This document shows positions 13,449 to 27,595 of a DNA stretch of 64,000 nt, piece after piece (position 1 is the stretch's first letter; every line of letters begins with the position of its first letter). The DNA is from the human T2T-CHM13v2.0 reference genome, Homo sapiens: NCBI RefSeq assembly GCF_009914755.1, contig NC_060931.1; one strand, given 5' to 3'. The translations under genes and the position numbers were made by a program. The notes under the pieces are model-generated. The model ran no database searches, had not been told where the DNA came from, and saw only the letters and a list, made by a program, of their open reading frames with translations.

Positions 13449-13959
13449 TTGAAAGGTGCAGGCTGTGGGGGAGTCTTTGTGCCTTCTGGCTAATAAATGT
13501 ACATGGTGTAGAATAATTTATTGGAGACTTATTTTGTCTCATACCATTCGATCATAAGCATTTTGAGCATGTATATGAGGAGGCACATAGCTCCTCTCTC
13601 CTTATAATTACTGGAGGAGACTCCTATTTCACAAAACAACCTGTCAGTTGTTGGAGGAACAAATTGGCTCAGGTCAGTCTGCAACAGATATTACAGGAAA
13701 ATTACAGAACTTCTTCAAGAGCTTATCTATGTAGGTTACCACAGGTCAGGTACAAAAGACACTATGCAGATAAATTAAGTTAGTGAATACATGGAAAATA
13801 TTTGTAACAGTGCCCAGGTACATAATAAGTTCTATAGATATTAAGGAATTTAATAATCATGATTGGACTCAACAGCAAGGAAGAAAATATGGGTTGTGGT
13901 GGAAGGATGTAATAGTAGAATCTAACCTGGCGCATGAATCAGGGACAGTTCTTCTCAAA

Positions 13960-14480
13960 AATTGAAGCTATTAGATTAGTTTGCTAAAGAGATGTGGAAA
14001 TAGCACCCCATGCTGAAGATTCTGGGGGGTTTAAGAGATGTCAGGGATTGCTGGATTAGCAAAAGAAAGGCTGTGAGATATGGCTGGAGAGCCGTGTTCA
14101 GGATTTTTGGCTTTATCCAAAGGGAAATGGCTAGATACGTAAAGAATGATGCTGGTTAATGTACACTTTAATGAACTATTACTTTTCTATAAAAATATAA
14201 TTTGGCTCTAGTGGGTCAAAGTGTTTGTGTGTGTGTGTGTGTGTGTGTGTGGTCTCGTCTCTGTGTGTGTATGTGTGTAGTGGGGGAGGGTAGAAAAGAG
14301 TGGATATATGAGTCCAATCAGAGATCTGTTACTAAAATCCAGGCAGCAATAGATGGTAACTTGCACCAATAAGGAGGCTGTAGGTTGGAGAGAAGTGAAG
14401 GGACTGGGGATAAATATCTAGAAAGAAAAATTCTAAATAGTTGGTCATTTGATGGAGGTTAGGGAGGAATGTACAAAAAG
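13960..14480 (-). mobile_element. L2 fragment containing (TG)n at ~14226-14278
   Basis: TTTGGCTTTATCCAAAGGGAAATGG, AATCCAGGCAGCAATAGATGGTAACTTG, GGAGAGAAGTG. Confidence 0.65.
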
Positions 14481-15684
14481 AAAGAATGCCCCAAAATCAT
14501 CCTTCCCTGGTCTTATTTAAATGGTGATGAATACTAAAACTGAAAAAGGTATCAGGGAATATCTGGTACAAATTTCTCTTTAATTATAAAGAAAATGATA
14601 TATCTCAGATTAGTAAAGGGAGCTTTTCTTCTGCATGGATCCAATTGTTTAGTGGCAGAACCTAGACTGGAACCAAAGTCAGCTGCTTGCTTCATTACAT
14701 TTCCTTTACTGAATGAACGGAGGTGGCATCTTCTCTTACATCCTAATATTCACTTATGGCTACTAAATAATTTTCTAAATATACATGTAAAGGCACATTG
14801 GAGTGTTTTTTCAACAGTAAAGTCTTAACATACTTTTTCTTTATACCACAAACATTTTTAGTTGGGTGTAATCTTGCTTAACTAGAGTTGAGTCTAACTG
14901 ATTTTATTTTCCAGCTTTTGGGAGAATCCGCAGCATTGCAGAAACTCAGACGTTAACACTAAAACTTTAGTATTTCCATGCTGCTAATCTGAGTAAATGC
15001 CAAGAACTTTTCTTTAGAATTCTTTTTCAGATAATTCAGGCTGAATACAATCTACTATAAGTTTAATCAAGGGAAACCAAGGGAAAATGAAATAAATGTT
15101 GCTATTCAAATGGCAGCATTTAGATAAAGGACTGCGTAAACATGGACATTTAATTTTACTGAAATTTAAATGAGTTTACTACTCATTGGATATAAGGTCT
15201 GTTAATTAAGGCAGGAGTGCCTTGTAAATCCTGGATGAATGCATATTTGCCACATACAGTTGTAGCTGACAACAGTCCTTTGTACAAAATGAAGAATAAA
15301 TCTAAACCAATTAAGATACTGTATATGTAATTATGAATATTGTAAATGAAATGAGGTGACTGTGGATTTTGCATTTTAACATGTATTAGAATGATATTTC
15401 ATTCATTCTTGGTAACGTTTTGCTGATTATCCCACTCTACTGGAAAACCTGCTGCTAACTAGTCATCTTTCAGACAGGTTAATAAAGCCCTCAATAAGGA
15501 GATATTATATAACATTGGATGTAAATCTAGCCCCGTTCACAGTCAAGGAAAGTAGTTAGGAGGGCTTTTGGGATACTAAGATGAAGATGCAATTTTTGTA
15601 TCAGTGAAGTCACAATCTTGTGGTGGGGGGAGACAGACACCGAAATGAATTATGACAACTGCTGTTAAAATTTAAAAAGTACAG

Positions 15685-15976
15685 GGCCGGGCGCAGTGGC
15701 TCATGCCTGTGATCCTTGCACTTTGGTAGGTGGAGGCGGGTAGATCACTTGAGGTCAGGAGCCTTACCAACATGGTGAAATTCCATCTCTACTAAAAATA
15801 CAAAAATTAGCCAGGCATGGTGGCAGGTGCCTGTAATCCCAGCTACGCAGGAGGCTGAGGCAGCAGAATCGCTTGAACCCGGAGGCAGAGATTGCAGTGA
15901 GCGGGGGTCATGCCACTGCACTCCAGCCTGGGTGACAGAGCGAAACTCTATCTCAAAAAAAAAAAAAAAAAAAAAA
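15685..15976 (+). mobile_element. AluS with ~11-nt internal deletion (GGAG^CCT)
   Basis: Full dimer; TSD AAAAAGTACAG / AAAAATTACAG. Confidence 0.95.
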
Positions 15977-16398
15977 TTACAGAGACTGTAATTAATTCTA
16001 ATGTAGGGGGTTTGGAGGATTCTGAGCTGGGTTTTCAATGATGGAAAGCGTCTTTCAGATGGTGAAATCACTACAACTTTCTTAAATCACCTTTTAACAA
16101 AAGCAGAAAAACATTTCTTGAGAGGCAATCCAGGTTATCCAGATAACTCACATGCTGTTAAGAAAAGTTACCTAGAACTTGAAAAGAAGGCAAAAGGAAG
16201 AATGCTTGTTTTCTCAATGTTGCAACAGAATATTGCCTTATTTAAATCTTTTGGGAATGTACCTTTGTTTTGAACATCTGTTTACTGTCAATTGGGATCA
16301 AACCTATGTACAATTACATGTTGTTAACATCTAGACTTTATCCTGTAGAGGTGAAAGAAATTTTTGTTCATCAAAATGATGACTCTGAAGGTTGCAGC

Positions 16399-16703
<305 letters not shown>

Positions 16704-16903
16704 TGAAGGTTGCAGCTTTACAGCCCAGCAGGACACGTGACCTCACATATTTATCCAGCATTCTTTCTTTCAGTACCTGTATATTCTCAGTCTTTCAAAT
16801 TTTGCTTTGAACCAGTTTTACCATTCTGTGGGTTTTGTCATTAATGAGTTAAATATATATTTGATATATCTGTATTCTATATTTGAAAAAGTCTTGTTTT
16901 AAA

Positions 16904-17060
16904 ATTTTATTTTTAGCCAGGGTCTGTCTATGTGGCCCATGCTGGAGTGCAGTGGTGCGATCACGGTTCATTCCAGCCTTTAACTCCTGGGTTCAAGTGA
17001 TCCTCCCACCTGAACCTCCTGAGTAGCTGAGACTACAGGCACATACCACCGTGCCTGGCT
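16904..17060 (-). mobile_element. FRAM / AluJ right monomer
   Basis: Single arm with GATCCTCCCACCT; degenerate TSD beginning GAAAAA on both sides. Confidence 0.85.
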
Positions 17061-17863
17061 GAAAAATGTTATGTTTTTAATTTGTTAAATATGATAGTTG
17101 CATAATGCATACACTGGAATTAATAATTTTTGAGACACCCATTCCATATACCTGTTGGTACTCATGCCATCAAGCAGAAATAATTTTGTCATCCTATTTT
17201 TGTGTCCTATTTACTCCCTTAGGTCTCTGGAAAAATTGTAGAGAAATTATCAGTCCTTCACCTGACTTTAAAGGACCCTTCAGTTTGTAGAAGGGGCTCA
17301 GAAAAAGAGCTGATGCAGGTCTTGGCACTGTGCCAGTCATAGATGAAGGTGAGAGTGAATATGCCTGTTTTGGAACTTCCTTTATTTTGTTTGCATATCC
17401 CCTTCAAAACATTCTCCATTTATTACCTCTGGAAGTCAGAATAGAGAACTATTTAAAAGATCCATCCGTGTTGCTTAAGCTCTGTGTTCCCATAAAATAG
17501 CTGGATCTGAGCCTAAAATATGGATTTTTAAAAATCCACTATGGATGTCTGCTTGGACTAAAATGACAATACATTTCTTGGGGGAAAAATAGATAGCGGC
17601 AGAAAGCCTCCTCTGATCTGCCAAAGAACAAAAATGGCACCCAAACCCTTTTGTCTAAAAACATGATGTCTTCTCAGGACTTCTGTGTACTGTTTCTTGT
17701 TGTTCCCTATTTTTTAAAAAAGCAAAAGGTGAATTGACAGTGTCTACCCTGAATGTGCACCGTATTAAGCATTGCATTTTCATATGTATATGAATGTATG
17801 TTTCATTTTATCCTCAAACCTAGCTTGTGAGGTTCATATCATTTTTTGGAAATGATATGCTAA

Positions 17864-17929
17864 TTGTCTTGAAATTGTCTTGAAATTTTTTGTCTTGTCT
17901 TGAAATCTGAGATTGCTTGTCTTGAAATT
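17864..17929. repeat. Four copies of TTGTCTTGAAAT
   Basis: Direct inspection; spacing is irregular. Confidence 0.85.
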
Positions 17930-20900
17930 TAGGATGATATATTTCTTTATGAAGCAGCTTTTCAGGAATGACTCATCAGTAATCTCGTTCAAGGCTGAAC
18001 CCTGTTTGTGAGGTTCACAGTTTGCACATTTTCTACCTTTTGTTGTGGCCTCAGATGTGAGATAGCCAGTCTGAAGTCAAGATACAAGCATAAATCTTTC
18101 TCAGTTAAAAACAATTCCAATATTTTAATGGAAAAGCATGCCAAAAAATTATTACATGAGGCATGTACATTGAAATTCTCCCCACTACTACTTTCTCCTT
18201 TTTCTCACAGACTTCATTTTGCTATTCAAAGCAACAATTTGCTCAGGGCTCATTTTATTAGCATTTGGGTTGATAATGTACAGTATGCAAACTAGATATG
18301 AAAGCCACTGTTGCAAAAAAAGAAAAAATGCCCATCTAATTTAGGAATCTGATCTCTATTTGCAGTTGCTCATCCATGTCACACTGCCCAACATGCGTCC
18401 GTGGGCCAGATGCATGATGCCCTGCAGAGTATCGTAATACTGAGTTGTTAATTTCATAGTCTACTATAGCATCAAAGAATGGCAGAGGCAGCTCACAAGC
18501 AGGAGAAGACAGCTAGCTGTGAAGCAGTTAAATGACTGTTTTCCCTTGTGAATGGTAAAAGAAGTCTTTCTGAGGCAACTGCACTGACTTTAGAACTTGA
18601 ATATTTATGCTACAGAGGAAATCAGCCATAAATTTACATTTTTAGCAGCTAGGTTATTGTAGGGAGGGAAAGGAAGAATAATAATTTTAAAAAAGGAATT
18701 GGACAATACAATTAATCCTTCACAAAATCTGGCCCAACTTTAATAGATAATTATTGAAAATAGAAGTCCCTTTGTTCCTAATTAGACAAATAATTGTGTT
18801 AATACAAATTGTTCTTAAATCTATCTTTAATCAAATTTGTTCAGTGCTTAACACTCTATTATAGCAACAGCTTATTTATCTGTGTCTGTCAGGGAATTAG
18901 TTGTTCTACATAAGTGAATTTCACCGATAACTGAAACATACACCCTCAGGTGCAAAAACATTAGAAAAATGAACCATTTTGATGAAAACACTACTAAAAT
19001 GCATTATGCAACACCTGCTCTCTTAAATAGCATATGTCAAATAATTAATGCTTTTTCTTAATGTAGCCAATATTTTCCCAAAACTAACAAATAAGACCAG
19101 AAATTGGGCAGGGAATAAAAATGAAGGCTCCTCAAATCCGCCACTGTTGCTGGTTTTGCAATCACAGGTGTTTCTGTCAGTTCCCCGAGTCGTTGTCCTC
19201 TGCAACTCTCAAGCTGTCCCTGCTGCTCTGGAGGCAAGATGTCACTAAGGTGACTGTTGCCCACGGAGGCTTCATGGCTGGCCCCTGCTTCTGCCACTGT
19301 GAGTAAGTGAAGGCTGTGATACTCGTTGCCCCTGGAGGCCTCACTGACTCCAGAACCACTTCATGTGATGTCTGCAAGCTCCTATTGTGGTGGTCACATC
19401 TCTGAAATTACTCTTTAGAAGCAGGGAGAACATTTTTCCTCTCCTTTGACTTACTGTGCTTTTGAGGCCTTACAGAGATTTTGTGTGGAAACAAGTCTCT
19501 CTTTTCTTACTTCCAGCCAAATCATTCCTTAAGAATAGACAAGTTACTGGGGACTTGGCTGAAGGACAACATGAACAACAGACACTATGAGGTGCCTCAA
19601 ATAATTTTTTTTTTCTTGGAGGCTTCAAGATTCTTTCTTAAAATAGATAATCTGTGTGTACCTCACCAGCCCTCCTAATGTGCCCTCACATGGCTGAGTC
19701 TCAGTGGGAACACAGCTTAAGCTCAAGGCACTAGGGCAATATCTGAGAGACACTCTTTGTGACAAATTGACTTTTCCTGGATAGCTAACCAGTGGTTAGA
19801 TACTGAGCTCCTTATTACCTGGCTGTTGCTGCCTGCCTTTTCTAACCCCCCCAAGTCTAATTGGCTATTTTCAGTTTATTATGATCTGACAGCACAGCTA
19901 ACCAAGGTTGGTGGTTCCTTGCATAAAACATGAGTCTATGAAGTATAATGAAAGCCCTTATTGCAGTAGTCTTCAACATTTTTGAAATCATACAATTTTT
20001 AGCAGCATATGGGAAGTGATCAAAAGTTTCCCCAAACAGTTTTAAAGATTGGGTTTAACTATAACACAAATAATACTTCAGTGTAACATCTTACAAAACA
20101 CCCACAAGTGTCTTTGTTCCCTTAGACTCATTTAACCACATTGCCACTGTGTTGTTTTCCTTAGAAACATTTATCTCCTTCACCGTACTTGCTTATACTT
20201 TTTCATATTCCGGTAAACATAAGACCTTTCTTTGAAAACATAGTTTTAAATAGCTCATATTTATGGAACAGGACCCACTGAGCTCCGCCTTCCATATGAA
20301 AGAGATCTCTGAAGTGGTACGATTATGACCTATGATTATAACCCATAAATCTTACACAGTGACTCAAATGTGATGGGACCACCTTATAGAGAGCCACACC
20401 AGGGTGCCATAGCACACTGATTGAGAACCATGCCGCTGCTTCTGCTGGGATGCCCTCCAAATTATTGGGTGCAGACATCAGAATTGTGCCTGTATCCTCC
20501 TGGTGGTATGTGCTCCTCAGAGGCCTGATCTACATATGTTCACCTCCTAGGTACGCTGAAATGTTGCCCAACGTTGTACCTCTAGATAAATATCATGTCT
20601 TTAGATGAGATGACATCTGAGATTTCTTCCAACCCACACAGTTTATATTATGAAGTTGGAGCGTGAAAGCTCCCATTAGATCTTTGCCACTCCTCCTCGG
20701 GCCTCTGATGCCATTTCAAAGGCATGTATTTAAAATGAGCTTGCTGTCTTGCCTTCCCTTAAATCTCTCCTCAACTTTCTCTCTACTTGCTCTGTTTATT
20801 CCCTTACTAATAATGAATAATAGTAATACTGTCTGAGTCCAGAGAAGGAAAATCTGATATATTTCTTTTCAGATCATCCTTACATAGATCAATCCTTTGA

Positions 20901-21100
20901 TACACCAGGTTTATTATGGATGTAGGAAAAGCTGAAAAAAATATAATTAAAGCTTGAAAAAATTTCTTAAAGCCACGTTTCCCCTGAATTACCAAACATT
21001 ACAAAAAGGAAGAAAAGATACACTATTTCTCTGTGTCTCTCGATATTTTCTGCTACAATAGGGAGAGCTGTGTGGATCGCTTAATGGCCAGTGTGGTTGC

Positions 21101-21355
21101 CATATCAGTTTCCTTGGACTGCTGTAACAAATTACAACAAACTGGGTGGATTAATACAACAGAAATGTATTTTCTCACAGTCCTGGAGTCTAGAAGCCTA
21201 CATCAAGGTGCCAGCAGGGCCATGTTCCTTCTAAGAACTCTAAGGGAGAATCTTTCCTCGCCCCATCCAGGTGTGGTAGCTCCCAGTGGTCCTTGGTGTT
21301 CATTGGCTTGTAGCTTCATCACTCCAATCTCTGACTCTTTTGTCACGTGTGTGTC
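21101..21355 (-). mobile_element. MLT1C-like MaLR LTR fragment
   Basis: GCTGTAACAAATTACAACAAACTGGGTGG...TTCTCACAGTCCTGGAG...CATCACTCCAATCTCTG. Confidence 0.85.
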
Positions 21356-21930
21356 TAGTATGTCTTGGCCCGTTTCAACCCAGGCCAGAAGTGTTTCTGC
21401 TGTTCAAAAACCTCGTCAGTTGTCCATGTAATTCACAGGGGTCTAAGCCATCAGACAAGCAGGTCCTTTACAAAACTTTCCTGGATAACCCTATTTCTGT
21501 TTCTGGCTTCTGTTGAGATGGTTGATTGGATCCATTACACACAGGCCTATTCTCTTCAATAAAAAGTAGTTCAGCCGCACGCTGCGAGGTTGAGAATTCA
21601 ATTTGTATTGTAATTTAGGCACTCATAGGATGAGTCTCTGGCTTTGGTTTTTAGAAATGTCAGCTACCACCACCTTTCAGGGCAGATGTGGAAGCTTTCA
21701 GGTAATTTATGCTGCATTTGAATTGGGAATTTGAAGTCCTGAGCTAACCCTTTCTTTTTCCTCCCTTCCTCTAGTACAATTAGGAGCAATAAACCACTTT
21801 AATTATTATGCTTCTTAGTTTAACAAAAGTATTCTAAGATATCAAATATTGCAGTCACCAGAGCTTCACATTTATAAGTATTTGATTGGGGATACCCAAG
21901 GATAGTATTTTGTATGTCTTTATTGCCAGA

Positions 21931-22317
21931 TGTTATGGACTGAATATTTGTGACCCCCTCACCAAATCATATGTTAAAACCCTGACCACTACTGTGGCTG
22001 TTATTTGGAGGAAGAAAGCAATTAAGATTAAGTAAGGGCATAAGGATGGGGCTCTGGTTCAGTAGGATGAGTGTCCTTATAAGAAGAGACATCAGAGAGC
22101 TTGCTTTCTCTCTTTCTGTGGCATGCACCAAGGAAAGGCTGTATAAGGACATAGTGAGAAGGTGATCATCTACAAGGATGACAGTTCTCGCTGAGAACTA
22201 AATGAGGCAGAACCTTGATATTGGGCTTCTAGCTCCCAGAACGGTGAGTAAATGCATTTTTGTTCAAGCCACCTAGTCTGTGGTTTACTGATATGACAGC
22301 CCAAGCTGATTAAAACA
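21931..22317 (+). mobile_element. MLT1A-type MaLR solo LTR
   Basis: TGTTATGGACTGAAT...GTCCTTATAAGAAGAGAC...CAGCCCAAGCTGATTAAAACA; TSD CCAGA/CCATA. Confidence 0.9.
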
Positions 22318-22478
22318 CCATAGTATGGAGTATCAGTGCCCTCTTTACCAGTGGAAATAGAGTCATTAGTGCCTTTAAGTTTTGTTGGCTTCGAGAAGAA
22401 TTTCCAGAATCTCCAGAGCCAATTTAGAAACCTCACCCTTAAGACTCCATTCCTTTAGAACCACTCCTGGTACCAAAG

Positions 22479-23352
22479 TGTGTCTCAGTTCTTTAGAGAA
22501 ACAGAACCATCAGAACCATATCTGTGAGATTCTATATAGTAAATGTATACATTTATATTATTTATGAAACATACATATAATAGACATTATATATATAAGA
22601 CATGCTATATATTATATATTATAAATTGTGTATATATATATATAATTTATTTCAAGGAATTGGCTCGTGCAATTGCAGGAGATGGCAAGTCTGAACATTG
22701 TAGGCAGACCAGCAGGTTGGAAACTCTTGGGCAGGAATTGACACTTGATATGGTTTGGCTCTGTGTCCCCACCCAAATTTCATCTTGAATTGTACTCTAA
22801 TAATTTCCATGTGTTGTGGGAGGGACCTGGTGGGAGATAATCGAATCATGAGGCTGGGCTCCCCCATACTGTTCTCGGGATAGTGAATAAGTCTTATGAG
22901 ATCTGATGGTTTTAAAAATGGGAGTTTCCCTGGACAAGCTCTCTCTCTCCCTCTTTGCCTGCTGCCATTCACGTAAGACGTGACTTGCTCCTCTTTGCCT
23001 TCTACCATGTTTGTGAGACCTCCCCAGCCACATGGAACGGTAAGGCCATTAAACCTCTTTCTTTTGTAAATTGCCTGGTCTCAGGTTTGTCTTTATCAGC
23101 AGCGTGAAAACAGACTAATATAACATCTTAATCTTGAGGCAGAATTTGTTCTTTCTCAGGGAAACATCAGGTTTTTGCTTTTAAGGCATTCTAAATGATT
23201 AGGTGAAGCCCACACACATTATGGAACTTGAAACCAACTGATTGTGAGTATTAGCCACACCCACAAAATGCCTTCATAGCAACACCTAGAGTTTGACTGA
23301 TTACTTGGGTACTGTATCCTGGCCAAGCTGAAATGTAAAAGTAACCATCACA
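22479..23352 (-). mobile_element. MLT2D-like ERVL LTR interrupted by THE1B
   Basis: TTCTTTAGAGAAACAGAACC...AAGGAATTGGCTC...GGCAAGTCTGAA; ends AAAGTAACCATCACA. Confidence 0.85.
22746..23122 (+). mobile_element. THE1B MaLR solo LTR
   Basis: TGATATGGTTTGGCTCTGTGTCCCCACCCAAAT...GGGAGTTTCCCTG...GTCTTTATCAGCAGCGTGAAAACAGACTAATATA. Confidence 0.95.
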
Positions 23353-24351
23353 ATTGCAGAGCAGAGGGTAGAAGTGTCAAGAAAGGGCTCTCACCCCAGC
23401 CAGCCAGGCCTCCTGCTGGGCTTAAAGGGTGCCCCTCTTGTTCACTATACAGAAGAGCATAAAAAGACACTCTAACAGGTGCTCAAATGTGATCAAACTC
23501 TATCGGGAGGAAGAGAGGGAACGGTTATTATCGTACATTGACTGATAAACCATCTTGGAATTTTTTCACATAGCAATATTGCTGAGGGATTTACCAAAAG
23601 AAGAAGGTAAACAGCAAAAATCCCCACATGTGGTTTTTCTAGCAAGCATACACATGATTCTGGTTACAAATGCCTGCCAGCTTTTTCTACGAACGCAGCT
23701 CTCTGCGGAAATGTTTGGTTTAACAAGACGTACACATGCTCCCTTTTAGAGCTCTGTCCTTCCAATACGACTATTTTGATAACGGCCCACATTCTATTGA
23801 TTTCCTCTGAAGGACTATGGGTGATCATTAGAAGATTTTTTAATGCGTTGGCTCCAGGCTCCCAAGAAAAATTTTCCCTGGCTTCCTATTACACTCTCCT
23901 ACATTTGTACAGCAGATTTGCCTTCAAAGAGCTTTCACATCCAGTCCCTCCCGATTTTCCCTATTCCTTTCTTGTTATTCTGCTTCCCTGCATCTCTCTC
24001 TCCCTCTTTTCTCTCTCCATAATTTTACCTCCTACCTCCCTCTTGGCTTCTAGTTCGTCTTTTTCACCACTCAGCTTTCTGACTTTGACCCCCTTATCTC
24101 TCTCCTATTCTGTCATTTTTTTAAACTGACCATAATGTGTTTTTTTTTCTTTTTAGTAAATATTGGCTTAGGTTTCTTAATATATACTTTAGTGTCTGAG
24201 TAGATGGTTTTTTTTTATTTTCTATTTAAAAACGAAATTAATAATATTTTATTGATTTTTTCTTGCCTATGTCTGCCACATTCTCTTGCCTGCAGCCATG
24301 TAATAGCTTTCTGCTTTATCTTGACTAAAATCTGTGCTCTCCTGATAAGAC

Positions 24352-24630
24352 CAAGGCTGGCTTAGACATTGGACACAGTAGCCACAGGGCCATGAGTTCA
24401 TGACAATGTTAGGGGACCACAAAAATGTTTTAATTTCTTTTAATATCAGAAGAAAAATGAATATAGTTTGGTCTGGATTGTATTAATCTTTTTGCCAATA
24501 TTATAATACAATATATATATGTGTCTATCTATTATATATGTGTCTATTACTGCTGTATCTTCTACGTATCTTATAGAGGAAGGGACTGACAAAGATGCCT
24601 AAGACCCATGGAAGTCACAGTGTAGGCCTG
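24352..24630 (+). mobile_element. ORSL-like hAT-Tip100 DNA transposon
   Basis: TAGGGGACCACAAAAATGTTTTAATTTCTTTTAATATCAGAAGAAAAATGAATATA; CAAGGC...GGCCTG termini; family name from memory. Confidence 0.65.
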
Positions 24631-24639
24631 TGTGAAACA

Positions 24640-25445
<806 letters not shown>

Positions 25446-25744
25446 GAAATTAATAGCTTTCAATTGATTAAATATACTAATACATTTGAGAATGTTTATA
25501 AAAAAAGAAACTAAAATGTTTCATTATATCTAAGTTTGGGGCACACTACTTCAGATTTCCTCTTCCTTTTACTTTATTATTAGAAAAGGTATTAAATACG
25601 GTGCAACTGTGAGCTAAAAGTTTAACAGCAGGCTTGGCAACTCAATGACTCAAAAACTCAAAGACAGGAAAGAAGGTTTTAAAATCTTATTAATTTTAGT
25701 TGAACCTTTGGAAATTGAATGATATTTTTTCCTTTTCTTTTCAG

Positions 25745-25973
25745 GGACAAAAACAACCTAAGAGGCCAGGAAGTTTATTCCTATGAAATGTTGCTTCTCC
25801 AAAGGCCATCTCAACTCGATTACACATTTTCCAAATAAAATCTCTTATATAAAAGCTTTTCTTGGGGTTTATCTTTCTCGAAAGTGATATAACTTCAGAT
25901 AGAAGCTGATTTGACCAACCAAATGACTTTGACTCAGTCTTCTGGTTGATCATTATCATGTAAGAAAACTCAG
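25745..25973 (+). ncRNA. Candidate non-coding exon (229 nt)
   Basis: Acceptor TTTTTTCCTTTTCTTTTCAG|G and donor CAG|GTAATT; stops in all three frames. Confidence 0.25.
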
Positions 25974-25994
25974 GTAATTCCAGATAAACCAATG

Positions 25995-26196
25995 TTTTTT
26001 TAAAAATTGTTTAGTCGTTTATTTATTTATTTATTTTTATTTTACTTTAAGTTCTGGGATACATGTGCAGAACGTGCAGGTTTGTTACATAGGTATACAT
26101 GTGCCATGGTGGTTTGTGGTGGGGGAAGGGGAGGGAGAGCATTAGAGCAAATACCTAATGCATGCGGGGCTTAAAACCTAGATGATGGGTTGATAG
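25995..26196 (-). mobile_element. L1PA (PA7-like) 3' end with 5' inversion (twin priming)
   Basis: Minus-strand T-rich tail plus 3' end to 26116; plus-strand GGGAGAGCATTAG...GGGTTGATAG at 26117-26196; degenerate TSD core ACCAATG. Confidence 0.9.
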
Positions 26197-27454
26197 TTGA
26201 GACCAATGCCTTTTATTTGGTTTTGGCTTTGTTTTGATTCAATTGTTAAGCAAGTGTTTCTCTTGCTTAAGAGAAAAAGTATAATCTATTTTTTCCTATG
26301 AATTCCTGTTGCTGACTGTGCAACCTGATTTCGTGAAAGGCGCCCTGGACCTGGCAGATCTATGCAAAGCACACCTAATAGAACCTTGATTTTAAACAAG
26401 GCATGAATGAGTCCTCCCTGAGCTAAATGTCTCAGCTGGTTATAGGCATCTTGGACCGTCTTCCCTGCTCCTGAGACAAATATTTTTCTACACATGGCAG
26501 CTGAAGGGCAAGCTAGGAGGCACCTAACTAAGTTTGCAATATACTAGCAACAACTCCAGTATGAGAGAAGGGGAAAAGACCAAAGGGGCTTTCTTTGGTG
26601 TAAGCTGTTAACTTGTTGGAGAGATTCCAAATAATGTTTTTGAAATAATACTGTGACTTTGAGTTTCTTTGTCCTTTGAAAGTTTTGTTTCTAAAACAAA
26701 AGGCCAGGATTAATCTCAACCCTGTTGCATTAATACAAGTTGGTGAAGCCTGCTTTATCTGCAAGAAAACACCAAGTCCTACTACATGATGAGGTTAAGC
26801 GTTGGGGATCTGAAAGTTTTAGGAAAAAGGTCAAATAATAAATGTTGTAACAATTCTTAAGGGCCAGTCTCAGGGACTTTAAAAGCCTGAAGCTACTTAA
26901 AGAAGCAGTTTGTTCATGACTGACACAAAGGTAACATTTCTTTTGCAAAGTGCGAGCTGGGAGTTAGGGCATTTCTGTTCTCAAAAAGAGGTAGGTCACC
27001 TTAAGCACTTTGGTCTGTCTTTGACTTGCCCCAGGAACTCAAGGTTCAAGGATTTTTCTGTTGTTCATGGAGGTTCTTCTATATTTCTGCCTATATTAGG
27101 TTTAGATAAGAGTATAATTTAATCTCAAAAGTCAATTACTTATTAAAAATCTTGTCAGCAACATAAAAACCCAAGGAATTTGATTAATAAAAAATTTGAA
27201 AATATTGATTTTATTTATATTATAGGTATCTCTGAATAACTCAGTAATGTTAACGACTTCATTTGTTATCCATTTATCCTGCAAAGAATGTAATAATCAT
27301 AAGACTATAGGAAATAATATTCATTAAACATCAGACATATACTGAATATTACCATTATTGATAGAGTTTGAAAATAAACTTTACTTTTGAGGTACTTAAT
27401 CTAAGGCAATATACATTACTGACTTCTTTGAAAAATGAAGTAAATTCTTCCCTC

Positions 27455-27595
27455 TGCTGAGTAGATCTGTGGAATTAAGCAATTCATTGGGACTCAGTTT
27501 TCTCATCTGTGAAATAATAAAATAAAAACTCAGAGTGAGCATTAGGGTGTATTATCTCTAAGTTGCCTTCTAGCTCAATCACTTTATGATTCTAA
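27455..27595 (+). mobile_element. MIR3
   Basis: GGACTCAGTTTTCTCATCTGTGAAAT...ATCTCTAAGTTGCCTTCTAGCTC...TATGATTCT. Confidence 0.75.

Noticed and set aside
17864-17929. Repeat-spacer-like pattern (CRISPR-like)
   Set aside because: 12-bp units, irregular short spacers, primate DNA, no cas genes
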